In this document: positions 44,896-54,611 of the stretch, piece by piece
Layout of the letters: each line of letters begins with the position of its first letter
How positions within the stretch are numbered: position 1 is the first letter of the stretch
Source: Thauera sp.
Lineage (GTDB): Bacteria > Pseudomonadota > Gammaproteobacteria > Burkholderiales > Rhodocyclaceae
Direction of reading: 5' to 3'
Assembly: GCA_016790365.1 (NCBI GenBank)
Contig: JAEUNQ010000145.1
Span: 1,993 to 65,992 of the forward strand
Length of the DNA stretch: 64,000 nt
The notes under the pieces: model-generated
The model's input: only the letters and a program-made list of their open reading frames with translations
The model's database searches: none
Told to the model about the DNA's origin: nothing
Position numbers and translations under genes: made by a program

Positions 44896-47800
44896 GGCGA
44901 ACCCGATCGAAACCAACGTCGTCATTAAAGTGGACACCGCCGGCGATGGCAAGCTGGCGGCGCTGTCGCGCGAGGTGGCCGGCCTGGGCGAGGGGGCGGG
45001 CGATGCGGCGCCCGAGTTTCAGCGCCTGGCCGAGGAGATCGACGGCCTGGCCGCGAAGGAGCGCTTGGTCGGCGCGTTTGCCGAGGCCAAGCGCGAGACG
45101 GTGGCCTACGCCGAGGCGCTGCAGACCGCACAGGCGGCCACGCGCGCCGCGGCCCAGGAGCTACGGGCCAAGCAGGCGACGCTCGCTGCAGCCACTACGG
45201 CCGAGCGCGAGGCCGCAGCGGCGCTCGGCGAAGCCCGCACGCGTCACGACGAGCTGAAGGTGTCGGTGGCCGCCGCCGCGGCCGAGCTCAAGTCCCTGCG
45301 CACTGCTTCGAAGGCGAGCGGCGCCGACACCGCCGAGTACGCCGGCCAGATCCGCGAGGCGCGGACACGGCTTGCGGAGCTGCGCAAGGAGAGCGCGACC
45401 GTCGGGCAGGCCGTGCGCACGCTCGCCGGCGATTACCGACCAACGGCGCAAGCACTGAAAGAAGCCGGGAGTGCGGCCGACAAGGCGCAGCGCGCGTTCG
45501 AGCAGAACCGCCACGAGGCCGGCCGCGCCAAGACGGCCTACGAGGCGCAGCGCCTGGCGCTGCACAACACCCGCCAGGCGCTGGCCAGCGCGGGCATCGC
45601 ATCGACCGATCTGGCCGGCGCCCAGGTGCGCCTGGCGGGCAGTGCGCAGCAGGCGGCGCAGCGCGCCGGGGAGTTGCGCGCTCGCCTGGCAAGCGTAGGC
45701 AGCACTGCCCAGGCGGCAGGCGCACAGACGGAAAAGGGGTTTTCGCAGGCGGCAAAGGGGGTGCGCTCGATCTCCGAGCAGCTCTCGACCGTGCAGTCGC
45801 GCCTGCTGCAGTTCGCGGGGGCGCAGCTCGGCCTGCAGACCGCAATCGACCTGGGGCGCACTGCGGACGAGTACGCCAACCTCGGCGCCCGCATCGACCT
45901 GGTCAACAGCAGCCAGGCGGGGTTCAACCTCACCCTGGCCCAGACCGCCGAGCTCGCCCGGGCGACATACTCGGGGCTCGAGAGCACCACCGGCCTGGTC
46001 GGCGCACTCGCGCGTGCCGGCGAGGAGGTGGGCCTGACGCAAGAAGGCGTTCTCCGCCTGACCGAGTCCATCAACAAGGCCAACCAGGTCTCGGGCGCGT
46101 CGGCGGCCAGCGCGGACGCCGCCCTCACACAGCTGATCCAGGGCCTGCAGTCGGGCACGCTGCGTGGCGACGAGTTCAATTCGGTGATGGAGCAATCGCC
46201 ACGCCTGGCAAAGGCGCTGGCCGACGGACTGGGCGTGCCGATCGGCGCCCTGCGCGCAATGGCCGAGCAAGGCAAGCTCACCAGCGAGGTGGTGATCTCG
46301 GCATTGCAGTCGCAGGCGCGCACCATCGACGCGGAGTTCGCCAAACTTCCGCTGACCATTGGCCGCTCGCTCACCAACCTGTCGACGAACTGGACGCAGT
46401 TCATCGGCGAGCTCGACCAGGCGAACGGGGCTTCCGCCACCGTGGCGCGTGCCTTGGAGGGTGTCGCCAACAACCTCGACGACATTGCCAAGCTGGCTGT
46501 CGTGGCCGGCGAAGTGGGGCTGGCGGTGTTTGCCGCCAAGCTGATCCCACAGGTGACCAAGTTTGGCGCCGAAGCCCTGGCGGCCACCAAGGGGGTGGGC
46601 GGGCTGCGCGCCGGCCTGGCCGCATTACCAGGGACGGTGAAGATCGCCCTGGCGGTGGTCGGCTACGAAGTGCTGACCACGGTGGGTAAGGCCATCGGCG
46701 AAACCGTCGCGAGCTGGGGCGAGGCGGGCGATGCGATGCGGCGCGCCGAGCAGACCATGCGCGAGGCCACTCACAGCATGATCGCCAACGGTCAGACGCT
46801 CGCCTACCAGAACGATGCCTACCGCAACGCGGTGGTGCTGACGGCGGGCGAGGTCGCACGCCTGTCCGAGGCCGAGCGCACGGCGTACTTCGAGCGCCTG
46901 GACGGTGCGCGTAAGTACTACGCTGGCGCGCAGATGGCCATCCAGGGCGCCAAGGAGCTCGGCATTGCAAGCGAGTTCTCGGCCGAGCAGACGGCGGCCG
47001 GGATGAAGCGGGCCCGCGAAGGGATGGCCGCGTTCGAGGTCGGCGTGCGGATGAGCCGCGCCGAGATCGAGGCGCTGCTGTCCGTCGATGCGTCGCTCTT
47101 CATTGCGCAGTTCGACGAGCTCGCGGCCAAGGGAAAGGATGCAGCCGCGGCCCTGCAGGAAGTCGGCCAGGGGTTCGACGCCAGCGCGCTCGAGAGCGTG
47201 CAAGGTTTCGGCCAGGCGCTGGTCGAGCTCAGGAACACCGGGAAGATCTCCGCCGACGAGATGGGCGCCGCGTGGCAGCAGGCGCTCGCCAAGCTCGACG
47301 GTGCGCAGCTGAGCCAGTTCATGATCACCGCCCAAGCCGCGTTCGGACAGTCTCAGCGCGATGTCGAGGCGCTCGCCGCGGCGATGGACGGGGCGTTGCG
47401 CACGAGCATTGCCGCCACCGGGCAGGACTTTGCGCAGCTCTCCTCCGGGATCTCGAGCGGCGCGCAGTCGGCTCTGGGGCATCTGGCGACGCTTGAAGCC
47501 GGGTTCGACAAGCTGAAGGCCGCGGGCGTCGATACCAACGCTGCGCTCATCGGCGCGATCGACTTTGCGGTGGAGGCTGGCGATTCCGCCGCGGCCCTTA
47601 CCGTGCTGCGCCAGGATGTCGAGCGCCTGGGACGTGAGGGAAAGCTCTCGGCTGACCAGGTTGCGGAGGCAATCGAGAAGATCGGCAAGAAGGCCGACGA
47701 GGTGCAACCTGGTATCAACTCGGTGGAAGAGGCTTTCCGCAAGCTGGGGGTGACGTCGCAGAAGGAGATGGACCGCGCGGCCGCGGATGCGAAGCAGGCG

Positions 47801-48835
47801 TTCGAGGTGATCCGGGACTCGGGCAAGGCGACGGCGGAGGAGCTTCGGGCCGCGTTCACCGCCTACGCCGAGCAGGCGGTGGCGGCCAATGGCGGCGTGG
47901 CGGATGCGACGGTGAAGGCGCAGGCGTCGGCGCTGGGCCTGGCGGTGGAGGTCGACAAGACCGGCAAGGTGATCGTGCAGACGATGGCCGAGGCGGCGTT
48001 CGGGGTGAAGGGCACCGACAAGGCGCTGAAGGATGCAGCCGGAAGTGCAGACAAGCTCGGCGAGGCGGCGAAGGGTGCCGGCAAGTCGATGGTGGAGGCC
48101 GCGCGCGAGCAGAACGCGGCGGTGAAGTCGGTGACCGTGATGCTGGTGGATGCGACGACGGCGCAGAGCCGCTATGCGGACGAAGCGAAGCGGGTGGCGT
48201 CGGCGGTCTACAACAGCGCGCTAGACCAGGCGGACTCGTTCCGCGCGAGCGCGGGGGCAATCGACGGTGCGCGTGCGGCGGCACGGCTCTACATCGAAGA
48301 GATGGAGCGCCTGGACGCCAGGCAGCAGGAGTTCAGCAGCAACGCGGCCGAGGGCGTGGAGCAGCTGCGCCTGCGGCTGCTGGAGCTGAACGGGACCGAG
48401 GAGCAGATCGCCAGCGCGCGGCAGTCACGCGACCAGGCCGAGGTGCTGCGTACGATCGAGCTGACGCGGCTGGATCTGCGCCGAGCCGAGCTGCGCAAGG
48501 ATGCGGGCGAGGTGGAGCGGCTGCAGCGCGAAATCAATTTGCTGCAGGAGCAACTGGGGCTGATCGACCAGATCTACCGCGCGGAGCGGCGCAACCGCAG
48601 CAATGCGGCGTCGCCGGCGGGTATGGGCGGCACGGGGGCGACCTCGAGCGGCTCGGCGGGTGGCGCGGGGGTGCAGGCGGCGGCGCCGTCGCAAACCTTC
48701 GGCGCCAGGCAGACCACGCTCAACATCAATCTGCCGGGGTCCGGCATTTTCTCGGGCGACCGCGCAAGCCTCGAGGCTTTTGCGCGCCAGCTCGGGCCGG
48801 TGATCACGGATCTGCAAAGGAAAGGGGCGCTGTAA
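44894..48835 (+). CDS. Tail tape measure protein
   Basis: 1313 aa Ala-rich helical; QLIQGLQSGTLRGDEFNSVMEQSPRLAKALADGLG. Confidence 0.95.
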   Translation: MANPIETNVVIKVDTAGDGKLAALSREVAGLGEGAGDAAPEFQRLAEEIDGLAAKERLVGAFAEAKRETVAYAEALQTAQAATRAAAQELRAKQATLAAATTAEREAAAALGEARTRHDELKVSVAAAAAELKSLRTASKASGADTAEYAGQIREARTRLAELRKESATVGQAVRTLAGDYRPTAQALKEAGSAADKAQRAFEQNRHEAGRAKTAYEAQRLALHNTRQALASAGIASTDLAGAQVRLAGSAQQAAQRAGELRARLASVGSTAQAAGAQTEKGFSQAAKGVRSISEQLSTVQSRLLQFAGAQLGLQTAIDLGRTADEYANLGARIDLVNSSQAGFNLTLAQTAELARATYSGLESTTGLVGALARAGEEVGLTQEGVLRLTESINKANQVSGASAASADAALTQLIQGLQSGTLRGDEFNSVMEQSPRLAKALADGLGVPIGALRAMAEQGKLTSEVVISALQSQARTIDAEFAKLPLTIGRSLTNLSTNWTQFIGELDQANGASATVARALEGVANNLDDIAKLAVVAGEVGLAVFAAKLIPQVTKFGAEALAATKGVGGLRAGLAALPGTVKIALAVVGYEVLTTVGKAIGETVASWGEAGDAMRRAEQTMREATHSMIANGQTLAYQNDAYRNAVVLTAGEVARLSEAERTAYFERLDGARKYYAGAQMAIQGAKELGIASEFSAEQTAAGMKRAREGMAAFEVGVRMSRAEIEALLSVDASLFIAQFDELAAKGKDAAAALQEVGQGFDASALESVQGFGQALVELRNTGKISADEMGAAWQQALAKLDGAQLSQFMITAQAAFGQSQRDVEALAAAMDGALRTSIAATGQDFAQLSSGISSGAQSALGHLATLEAGFDKLKAAGVDTNAALIGAIDFAVEAGDSAAALTVLRQDVERLGREGKLSADQVAEAIEKIGKKADEVQPGINSVEEAFRKLGVTSQKEMDRAAADAKQAFEVIRDSGKATAEELRAAFTAYAEQAVAANGGVADATVKAQASALGLAVEVDKTGKVIVQTMAEAAFGVKGTDKALKDAAGSADKLGEAAKGAGKSMVEAAREQNAAVKSVTVMLVDATTAQSRYADEAKRVASAVYNSALDQADSFRASAGAIDGARAAARLYIEEMERLDARQQEFSSNAAEGVEQLRLRLLELNGTEEQIASARQSRDQAEVLRTIELTRLDLRRAELRKDAGEVERLQREINLLQEQLGLIDQIYRAERRNRSNAASPAGMGGTGATSSGSAGGAGVQAAAPSQTFGARQTTLNINLPGSGIFSGDRASLEAFARQLGPVITDLQRKGAL

Positions 48836-51800
48836 ATGTCGATCTCGGTGAACCGGATTCTCTCCAACAAGCACAACCGCGTGTCGGCCGCGACGCTGAC
48901 GGCGAGCGCACAGCGCGCCAGCGACGACGTGCGCCTCGTGGCGCAGTCGCGCCAGGGCGGCGGCCGGCTGGTGGTGAGCGGGAGCTATACGGGCGCGGCG
49001 GATACGGTGGTGGATGTGGAGGTGGTGTCGGGCTCGGGGGGGGCGCTGACGCCGTCGGCGCCGGTGATTCGGGGCGTGGGCAATGGGGTGCTGTCGATCG
49101 ACGCGCTGTCGCCTGCCGCGGTGCCTGAGGAGCTGACCTTCGCGCTGCTCGACGCGGGCACGGAGCCCGTGCCCGCGTCGCTGGAGTTCTACGGGGCGGC
49201 GCTGGTGGCGCGGGCCACCGGCGTGGCGGGCAACGCGCTGGCGCTGTCGGTGACACGCAACCTGACGCTGACGCCGATGCAGTACGCGACGATCGAGCCG
49301 ATTGCGGCCGGAACGGACAGCCTGGAGGGGCCGCAGTGGGACTGGGGCCAGCCGGCGGCGACGGACGCGGGCATCCCGGATGCGGCGCTGCGGGTGCAGT
49401 TCGAGGGCTTTCCGGCGGTGCATCGGGCGTGGAAGACGTGGGAGGGCGGCCGGTTCGTGTATCGGCTGGATCCGGCGACGGCCTACGAGATTCCGGCGGA
49501 TGTGCGGCTGCTGCAGGTCGCGGGCGACTACGCGCTGTCGCTGACGGATGGCGTGAGCACCGAGGCGTATGCGGCGGTGACGATCTACGACTTCCTGGCC
49601 CAGGTGGAGGCGCGCAGTGCGCTGGCGCGGGTGCGCGGCCTGGTGGCGCGCGATACGGCGCCGGGCGGCATGGCGGTGACGGATATCCCGCTGCGCACCG
49701 ATGCGCATGCGCTGCCGGCGACCGGCGGCGTGGTGGAGGTGGTGGAGGTGGCGCCCGCCGCGCCCACGGAAAACCTGGTGCTGACCTACGCGGGGCAGAG
49801 CGTGGCGCCGCTGTGGACGGTCCGCGGCGGCGTGTCGGGCGAGCTGCCCGCGGCCGTGGCCGGCGAGCTGTACACCTCAGGGCCGGTGCGGTTTCGGATA
49901 CCGCTGCCCGCGAGCAACGCGGACGGCGCGCGCATCAGCGCGCTGGTGCAGCTGGCCTCGCGCGAGGCGGACGAGGGGCTGCCGGCGCTGTGCTTCAAAC
50001 CGCTGTCGCTGGGCGCGGCCGCGACCGATAAGAGCATCACGTTCACGTACCGCAAGCGCCCGCCGGCCGATTGCGTGTGCGCAGACTTGCCGGCGCTCAA
50101 TCTCTCGGGCGCATGCCTGGGGCTGGATGTGGGAGGTACGGGTATGGCACTCGATGCGGCGTATCAGACGCGGCTGGTGCAGTTGTATGCGTGGCGTGCT
50201 GGGTTCGTCGAGACCAATACAGGGATCAAGCAGAGCACGAGCGAGGCCGATCGCGTGTTCTCGGATCGGACGGATATCGAGATCGCAGATCAGACTGTGC
50301 GCGCGCTGGCGAGCTGTCTGTCGGAGATCTACGAGGACGCGGGTGCTCTGGCTCAGTGGGATGCGTACTGGGCTGGTCTGCAGACCGATCTGGACCCCTA
50401 CGAACTGCTGGGCGGGGCGCCGATCAGCGCCCCGCAGTACCTGCCCGGGCTGTCGATCCGGACGATCCAGCCGTCCTCGTCTGAGTCGTCGATCTCGCTG
50501 CGCTATATCCGCTCGTCGACGAAAACGGGGCGGCTGTATCGGATCCTGGGTGTGCCGTACGCCTATGACTCCAGCTCGCCGCCGGAGTCGCTGGGGGCAA
50601 CCGAGCCGAACTGGGTGGGATCCGGCCCGTGGGTGGACAGCACGACGCCATCGATCTCGTACGAGGCGCAGCCGTACTACTGGAAGGCATCGCAGGCGGT
50701 GGCGCTCGGCGACAAGATCGATCCCGGTACGGGCTATTTCTATGTGGTCAAGACGGCCGGCACGACGGGCACGACGGAGCCGACATGGCCGACGGAGGCC
50801 GGCGACATCACGGACGGCACGGCAGTCTGGGAACTGGCCGAAGGGCGCACGAGGATCTATGCATGGACCGGCGACGATTCGTGGCCGCGGCTCGTCGGCT
50901 CGATGATGGACCACGTCCGGGCGATGGCGGGCATCGTCCCAAAATCTGACGCCAGCAGCGCAGGTGCGAGCGGGGGCAGCTGCTGGCGCGACTTTCCGGA
51001 GTCCGATCACTGGTGGGTGGACGAGTCCGGCGAGTATCTCCCCGCATTCACGAATCAGCCGTATGTGTCGGCGGTGCTCGGGTGCGACGGCACGCCGGCA
51101 TCGAGCCGGGAGTTCGGGTTCGGCATCGTCACGGCGTGCGAGCACCGGCTGAAGGACGGCGACAAGGTCACGGTCACGATCCGGGGTACCGGAATGGCCG
51201 GGTACAAGCAGGGCGACAAGATCGTGATCCCGGTGGTAGCCGCGAGCAGCGCGCCGTTCTCCGGCGGCGCAGCGGGCGACCCGACGCAGACGTGGACGGT
51301 ACGCGGCACGGTGTCGGGCTCCCTGCCCGACTGGTTGTTCGATCCGTCGGCGCCGGCGCAGTACGTGGCCGGGCCGGTGACGGCCTCGCTCGCGCCGGGT
51401 GGCATCCCGTTCGAGGTCGGCGACGCGATCGACGTGTCGATCGAGGGCGGGTCGCTGCGCTGGCGGCGTGACGGCGGGGCCTGGACGGTGGGCGATCTGT
51501 TCGGGGCGACGCACGCCCTGGGCGATGGGCTGAGCCTGGCGGCGACCCCGGGCGCGGCGCCCAGTTTCGTCGCCGGCGACTCGGCGAGCTACCATGCGGT
51601 GGCGACCTACGGGACGAGCAGGATGCGCCAGCCGCGCATCGGCCAGGGCTTTGCGTGGTCCGGAGATGCGGTGACGATCGACGTGGATCTGCTGGCGGTG
51701 CACGACGTGGAGGCGGTGCTGCTAGGGCTGCACACGCTGCCGGCCGGCTGCGCGGTGACGATCTCGGGCGGCGTGGCAGCGGTCGGCGAATGGACGGCGA

Positions 51801-52300
51801 CGCCGGCGTGGCATGCATCGGCGGTGCTGGCGGTGCTGCCGGCCGGTACCGCGGCGCGCTATCTGCGGGTCGTGGTAACGGGTGCCGGCGCGGGCGGGTC
51901 GATCGGCTGGCTGTGGGCCGGCGTGGGCTGGCAGCCCAGCGTGGGGGCGTCGGATCTGACGATGCGCAGGCAGTACGGCCTGGCGCGCGGCCAGGGCATC
52001 AACCCGGCGGCACTGTACCGCGGCCGCGGCACGGGCGGGGCGTGGCGCTGGGAGCTCGACCAGGGCGGTGCGCTGATCGGGGCCAACGTCGACGCGCTGT
52101 TGGGGATCGTGGATCACACGGCCGAGCAGGGCATGGAGCCGGTGTGCATCGTGCCCGACGTGCGCGTGCCGGCGCGCGCGGCGATCGCGGTGATCGATGC
52201 GGACGAGATCGTGCTGACCGAGCACATGGGCTGGCAGGCCGAGGGCGTGGCCGAGCCGATGGTGTCGGTCGAGCTGCCGTTCCGGGCGGTGTTGGCATGA
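48836..52300 (+). CDS. Large tail-tip protein with internal carbohydrate-binding-like module
   Basis: Follows TMP; beta-rich; WKASQAVALGDKI...YFYVVKTAGTTGTTEPTW. Confidence 0.7.
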   Translation: MSISVNRILSNKHNRVSAATLTASAQRASDDVRLVAQSRQGGGRLVVSGSYTGAADTVVDVEVVSGSGGALTPSAPVIRGVGNGVLSIDALSPAAVPEELTFALLDAGTEPVPASLEFYGAALVARATGVAGNALALSVTRNLTLTPMQYATIEPIAAGTDSLEGPQWDWGQPAATDAGIPDAALRVQFEGFPAVHRAWKTWEGGRFVYRLDPATAYEIPADVRLLQVAGDYALSLTDGVSTEAYAAVTIYDFLAQVEARSALARVRGLVARDTAPGGMAVTDIPLRTDAHALPATGGVVEVVEVAPAAPTENLVLTYAGQSVAPLWTVRGGVSGELPAAVAGELYTSGPVRFRIPLPASNADGARISALVQLASREADEGLPALCFKPLSLGAAATDKSITFTYRKRPPADCVCADLPALNLSGACLGLDVGGTGMALDAAYQTRLVQLYAWRAGFVETNTGIKQSTSEADRVFSDRTDIEIADQTVRALASCLSEIYEDAGALAQWDAYWAGLQTDLDPYELLGGAPISAPQYLPGLSIRTIQPSSSESSISLRYIRSSTKTGRLYRILGVPYAYDSSSPPESLGATEPNWVGSGPWVDSTTPSISYEAQPYYWKASQAVALGDKIDPGTGYFYVVKTAGTTGTTEPTWPTEAGDITDGTAVWELAEGRTRIYAWTGDDSWPRLVGSMMDHVRAMAGIVPKSDASSAGASGGSCWRDFPESDHWWVDESGEYLPAFTNQPYVSAVLGCDGTPASSREFGFGIVTACEHRLKDGDKVTVTIRGTGMAGYKQGDKIVIPVVAASSAPFSGGAAGDPTQTWTVRGTVSGSLPDWLFDPSAPAQYVAGPVTASLAPGGIPFEVGDAIDVSIEGGSLRWRRDGGAWTVGDLFGATHALGDGLSLAATPGAAPSFVAGDSASYHAVATYGTSRMRQPRIGQGFAWSGDAVTIDVDLLAVHDVEAVLLGLHTLPAGCAVTISGGVAAVGEWTATPAWHASAVLAVLPAGTAARYLRVVVTGAGAGGSIGWLWAGVGWQPSVGASDLTMRRQYGLARGQGINPAALYRGRGTGGAWRWELDQGGALIGANVDALLGIVDHTAEQGMEPVCIVPDVRVPARAAIAVIDADEIVLTEHMGWQAEGVAEPMVSVELPFRAVLA

Positions 52301-52317
52301 GGGCGGTGTTGGCATGA
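52284..52317 (+). repeat. Perfect 17-bp tandem duplication spanning a stop/start junction
   Basis: GGGCGGTGTTGGCATGA x2. Confidence 0.95.
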
Positions 52318-52577
52318 GGGCGCAGCTGCGGATCGAGACGGTGCCGCCGGTGGTGCTCGATGTGCTTGAGACCGGCGCCGAGCGCGCTGCGCTGAACGGC
52401 GAGGTGCCGAGCGTGGCCGTGGTGCTGGACAACGCTCGCGGCGAGGCGGCCGCGCGGCTGGCGGTGCCGCCGCTGCGGGCTCGCGCGGTGCTGCTGATCG
52501 ATGACGTGGCCGTGTTCACCGGGTCGGTTCAGGCGGTGACGCTGGCCGACGTGGCAACGCTTTCGCTGGAGGGCTGA
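52314..52577 (+). CDS. Small tail protein
   Basis: Coupled ORF; GEVPSVAVVLDNARG. Confidence 0.6.
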   Translation: MRAQLRIETVPPVVLDVLETGAERAALNGEVPSVAVVLDNARGEAAARLAVPPLRARAVLLIDDVAVFTGSVQAVTLADVATLSLEG

Positions 52578-52580
52578 GTC

Positions 52581-53846
52581 GTGATGAGACTGCTGTCCGA
52601 TCCCCTGCCGCTGCGCGTGGCGGCAGATCTGCCGCGGTACCGCGCCGAAGCGGCCGCACGCGTGCTGCCGTGGGTGTATGGGCGCGTCACGCTGTCGCCG
52701 GTGCCGCTCGACGACGCGGGGCTGGATTGGCTCGTCGCCGATCATCCGGTAGTCGCCGTGGAGGCGGTGCGCAGTGCGGGCAAGGCGCTCGACGGCTGGC
52801 AGCTGGTGCAGCGGCTCGACGAGACCGGCCGCGCGATCGCGACCGTGCGCCTGACGCGGGCGCCCGAGGCCGAGCTTGCGGTGCAGGTGGTGGGCCGGCG
52901 CGACGACACGAGCGGCGCGCTGCTCGAGCACCCGGCGGCGATCGCGGCGGATCTGCTGCGGCGCTGTGGGTGGTCGCCGGCCGCGGATGCGTTCCAGGGG
53001 CTGCGGGACGATTTCCCGGCCCTCGAGCTCGGGATGGTGTTCGCCGAGCGTGACACGCGGGTGCGCGCGGCGATCGCGCAGGTGATCGAGCCGCTGGGCG
53101 CGGTGTGGGTCGCGGACCCGCCGACCGCGCGGCGCCGCGCGATCGGCGTCCCGATGGCGCGGCTAATGGTGCTGAACGTCGAGCGGATCTCCGCCGAGGC
53201 GACCGCCGGCGAGCTGGCCACGGTGGCGCGGGCGGCGTTCGGGTACGACTGGGCGACCGGCGGCGCGCGGCAGGCCGTGACCGTATCCGCCCCGGATGCC
53301 GTGCAGTCCTATGGCAGGCTGGAGGTGGAGCTCGACATGGGCGCGGTGCGCACGGCGCGCGATGCCCTGGCGATCGCGCAGGCCCGGCTCGCGATGATCG
53401 CGCGGCCGGGCTGGACGCTGCGGGCCACCGTGGATGCATACCTCGCGATCGCGCCGGGCGACACTGTCGCGGTCGATCATCCACGCGTGCCTGCAGGCTC
53501 TGCCCTGGTGCTGAGCACGGCCCGCGACCGCGGCCGCGGCACGCTCGATCTGGTCGCGTGGATGCCGGCGGGCAGCGCGCCGCGGATCGAGATGATCCAG
53601 CGCGCGCAGGCCGTGGATGCTGCGCGGCCCGACGACAGCGTGACGTTCCGGGACGGTGTGGCCACGTTCACGATCAGCGACCCGGCCGGCAACCACCTAG
53701 CCGGTGCCGCAGTGACGCTGGACGGTCAGGAGACCCGCGAGACCGATGCGCTCGGACGCGTGCAGTTCCGCACCGAGCGCGGCGCGCACTCGCTGTCTGT
53801 ATACATGGCGGGCTACAGCCCCTTCGATATCGAGGTGGTGGTATGA
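52581..53846 (+). CDS. Tail-tip/hub protein with C-terminal Ig/CarboxypepD-like domain
   Basis: LPWVYGRV; GAAVTLDG...TDALGRVQF...HSLSV. Confidence 0.65.
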   Translation: MMRLLSDPLPLRVAADLPRYRAEAAARVLPWVYGRVTLSPVPLDDAGLDWLVADHPVVAVEAVRSAGKALDGWQLVQRLDETGRAIATVRLTRAPEAELAVQVVGRRDDTSGALLEHPAAIAADLLRRCGWSPAADAFQGLRDDFPALELGMVFAERDTRVRAAIAQVIEPLGAVWVADPPTARRRAIGVPMARLMVLNVERISAEATAGELATVARAAFGYDWATGGARQAVTVSAPDAVQSYGRLEVELDMGAVRTARDALAIAQARLAMIARPGWTLRATVDAYLAIAPGDTVAVDHPRVPAGSALVLSTARDRGRGTLDLVAWMPAGSAPRIEMIQRAQAVDAARPDDSVTFRDGVATFTISDPAGNHLAGAAVTLDGQETRETDALGRVQFRTERGAHSLSVYMAGYSPFDIEVVV

Positions 53847-54343
53847 AGCGAGTGGTCCAGCGCACGCCCAATCTGGGCCTGTCGATCCGCCTGCAGCGCC
53901 TGGCGGCGGATTCCGATCCCCTGCCTCTGCCGCCGGCCCCCGATCCGACGGGCTGCCCGTGCTCGGCGACGGCAGTGACGTGGGGCGAGATTCCCGTCTA
54001 CAAGTCCGGGACGCGCGCGTTTTCGGGTGCCATCCAGGGCTCGTCGATGCCATACACCAGCGCGTTCACACTCGCGCCCGACTCCGATGCCGGTGACACG
54101 CATACCTGGACGCTGGTCGGTATCCCGCTGGGGGATGCGGTAGGCGGGGTGGAATGGGACATCGCGTGGTCTACGCCGCCGAGCTTTGGAGAGTCCGCAG
54201 CATCATCGGGGCCGCTGCTGATCGTCTCGCTGCCGCCCGCGTCGCGCGGCTTCGGCAGCAACTCGCTGACCGCTACCGGGAGGTGTGGCGAGACCGTCAT
54301 CGGACAGCTCACGCTGACCGTGATCAGACCATTCCCGTTCTGA
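53843..54343 (+). CDS. Last prophage gene, hypothetical virion protein
   Basis: GAGG SD with ATGA overlap; beta-rich. Confidence 0.6.
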   Translation: MKRVVQRTPNLGLSIRLQRLAADSDPLPLPPAPDPTGCPCSATAVTWGEIPVYKSGTRAFSGAIQGSSMPYTSAFTLAPDSDAGDTHTWTLVGIPLGDAVGGVEWDIAWSTPPSFGESAASSGPLLIVSLPPASRGFGSNSLTATGRCGETVIGQLTLTVIRPFPF

Positions 54344-54379
54344 TAGTTTGCGCAGCGCGTAATTTCATTGCGCGTCGCG

Positions 54380-54439
54380 AAAGCGTGTCATCCGCCATTT
54401 ATCGCGCACGGCCGCGCTCAATTTTCGCGGCGCGCTTCA
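54380..54439 (-). repeat. Prophage right end with putative transposase-binding sites
   Basis: Ends ...GCTTCA; ATTTATCGCGC at 54397-54407 mirrors the left end. Confidence 0.8.
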
Positions 54440-54491
54440 GCGTACGCATGATAGCGGCGACGGGCGGCAGGCCGGGGCATAGGCGTGGAAT

Positions 54492-54523
54492 TTGATAAAA
54501 AGCAAATGCGAACAATTCGCATT
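54492..54523 (+). promoter_or_regulatory. Adjacent FNR/DNR-like box and Fur-like box
   Basis: TTGAT-AAAA-AGCAA (54492-54505; 9/10 to TTGAT-N4-ATCAA); AATGCGAA-CAA-TTCGCATT (54505-54523). Confidence 0.65.
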
Positions 54524-54611
54524 GTTATATCATCCGTGCCTGATCTTCCTGTTCGGGCAAGCCAGCCGTCGCCAGCCAGCCCGGGAACCCGACTTCCTGG
54601 AGCTTTCCATC

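Larger units (their letters stand above)
14401..54439. mobile_element. Transposable Mu/B3/BcepMu-like prophage (siphovirus-type tail), 40,039 bp
   Basis: GCGTAC at 14395-14400 and 54440-54445; GCGCGATAAAT at position 33-43 from both ends in inverted orientation; DDE transposase, AAA ATPase, GemA, Mor, DUF935 portal, gpF/gpG, protease, capsid and tape measure genes. Confidence 0.93.

Noticed and set aside
39892-54343. Diversity-generating retroelement or invertible tail-fibre segment
   Set aside because: No reverse transcriptase, no TR/VR pair, and no invertase or flanking inverted repeats seen.
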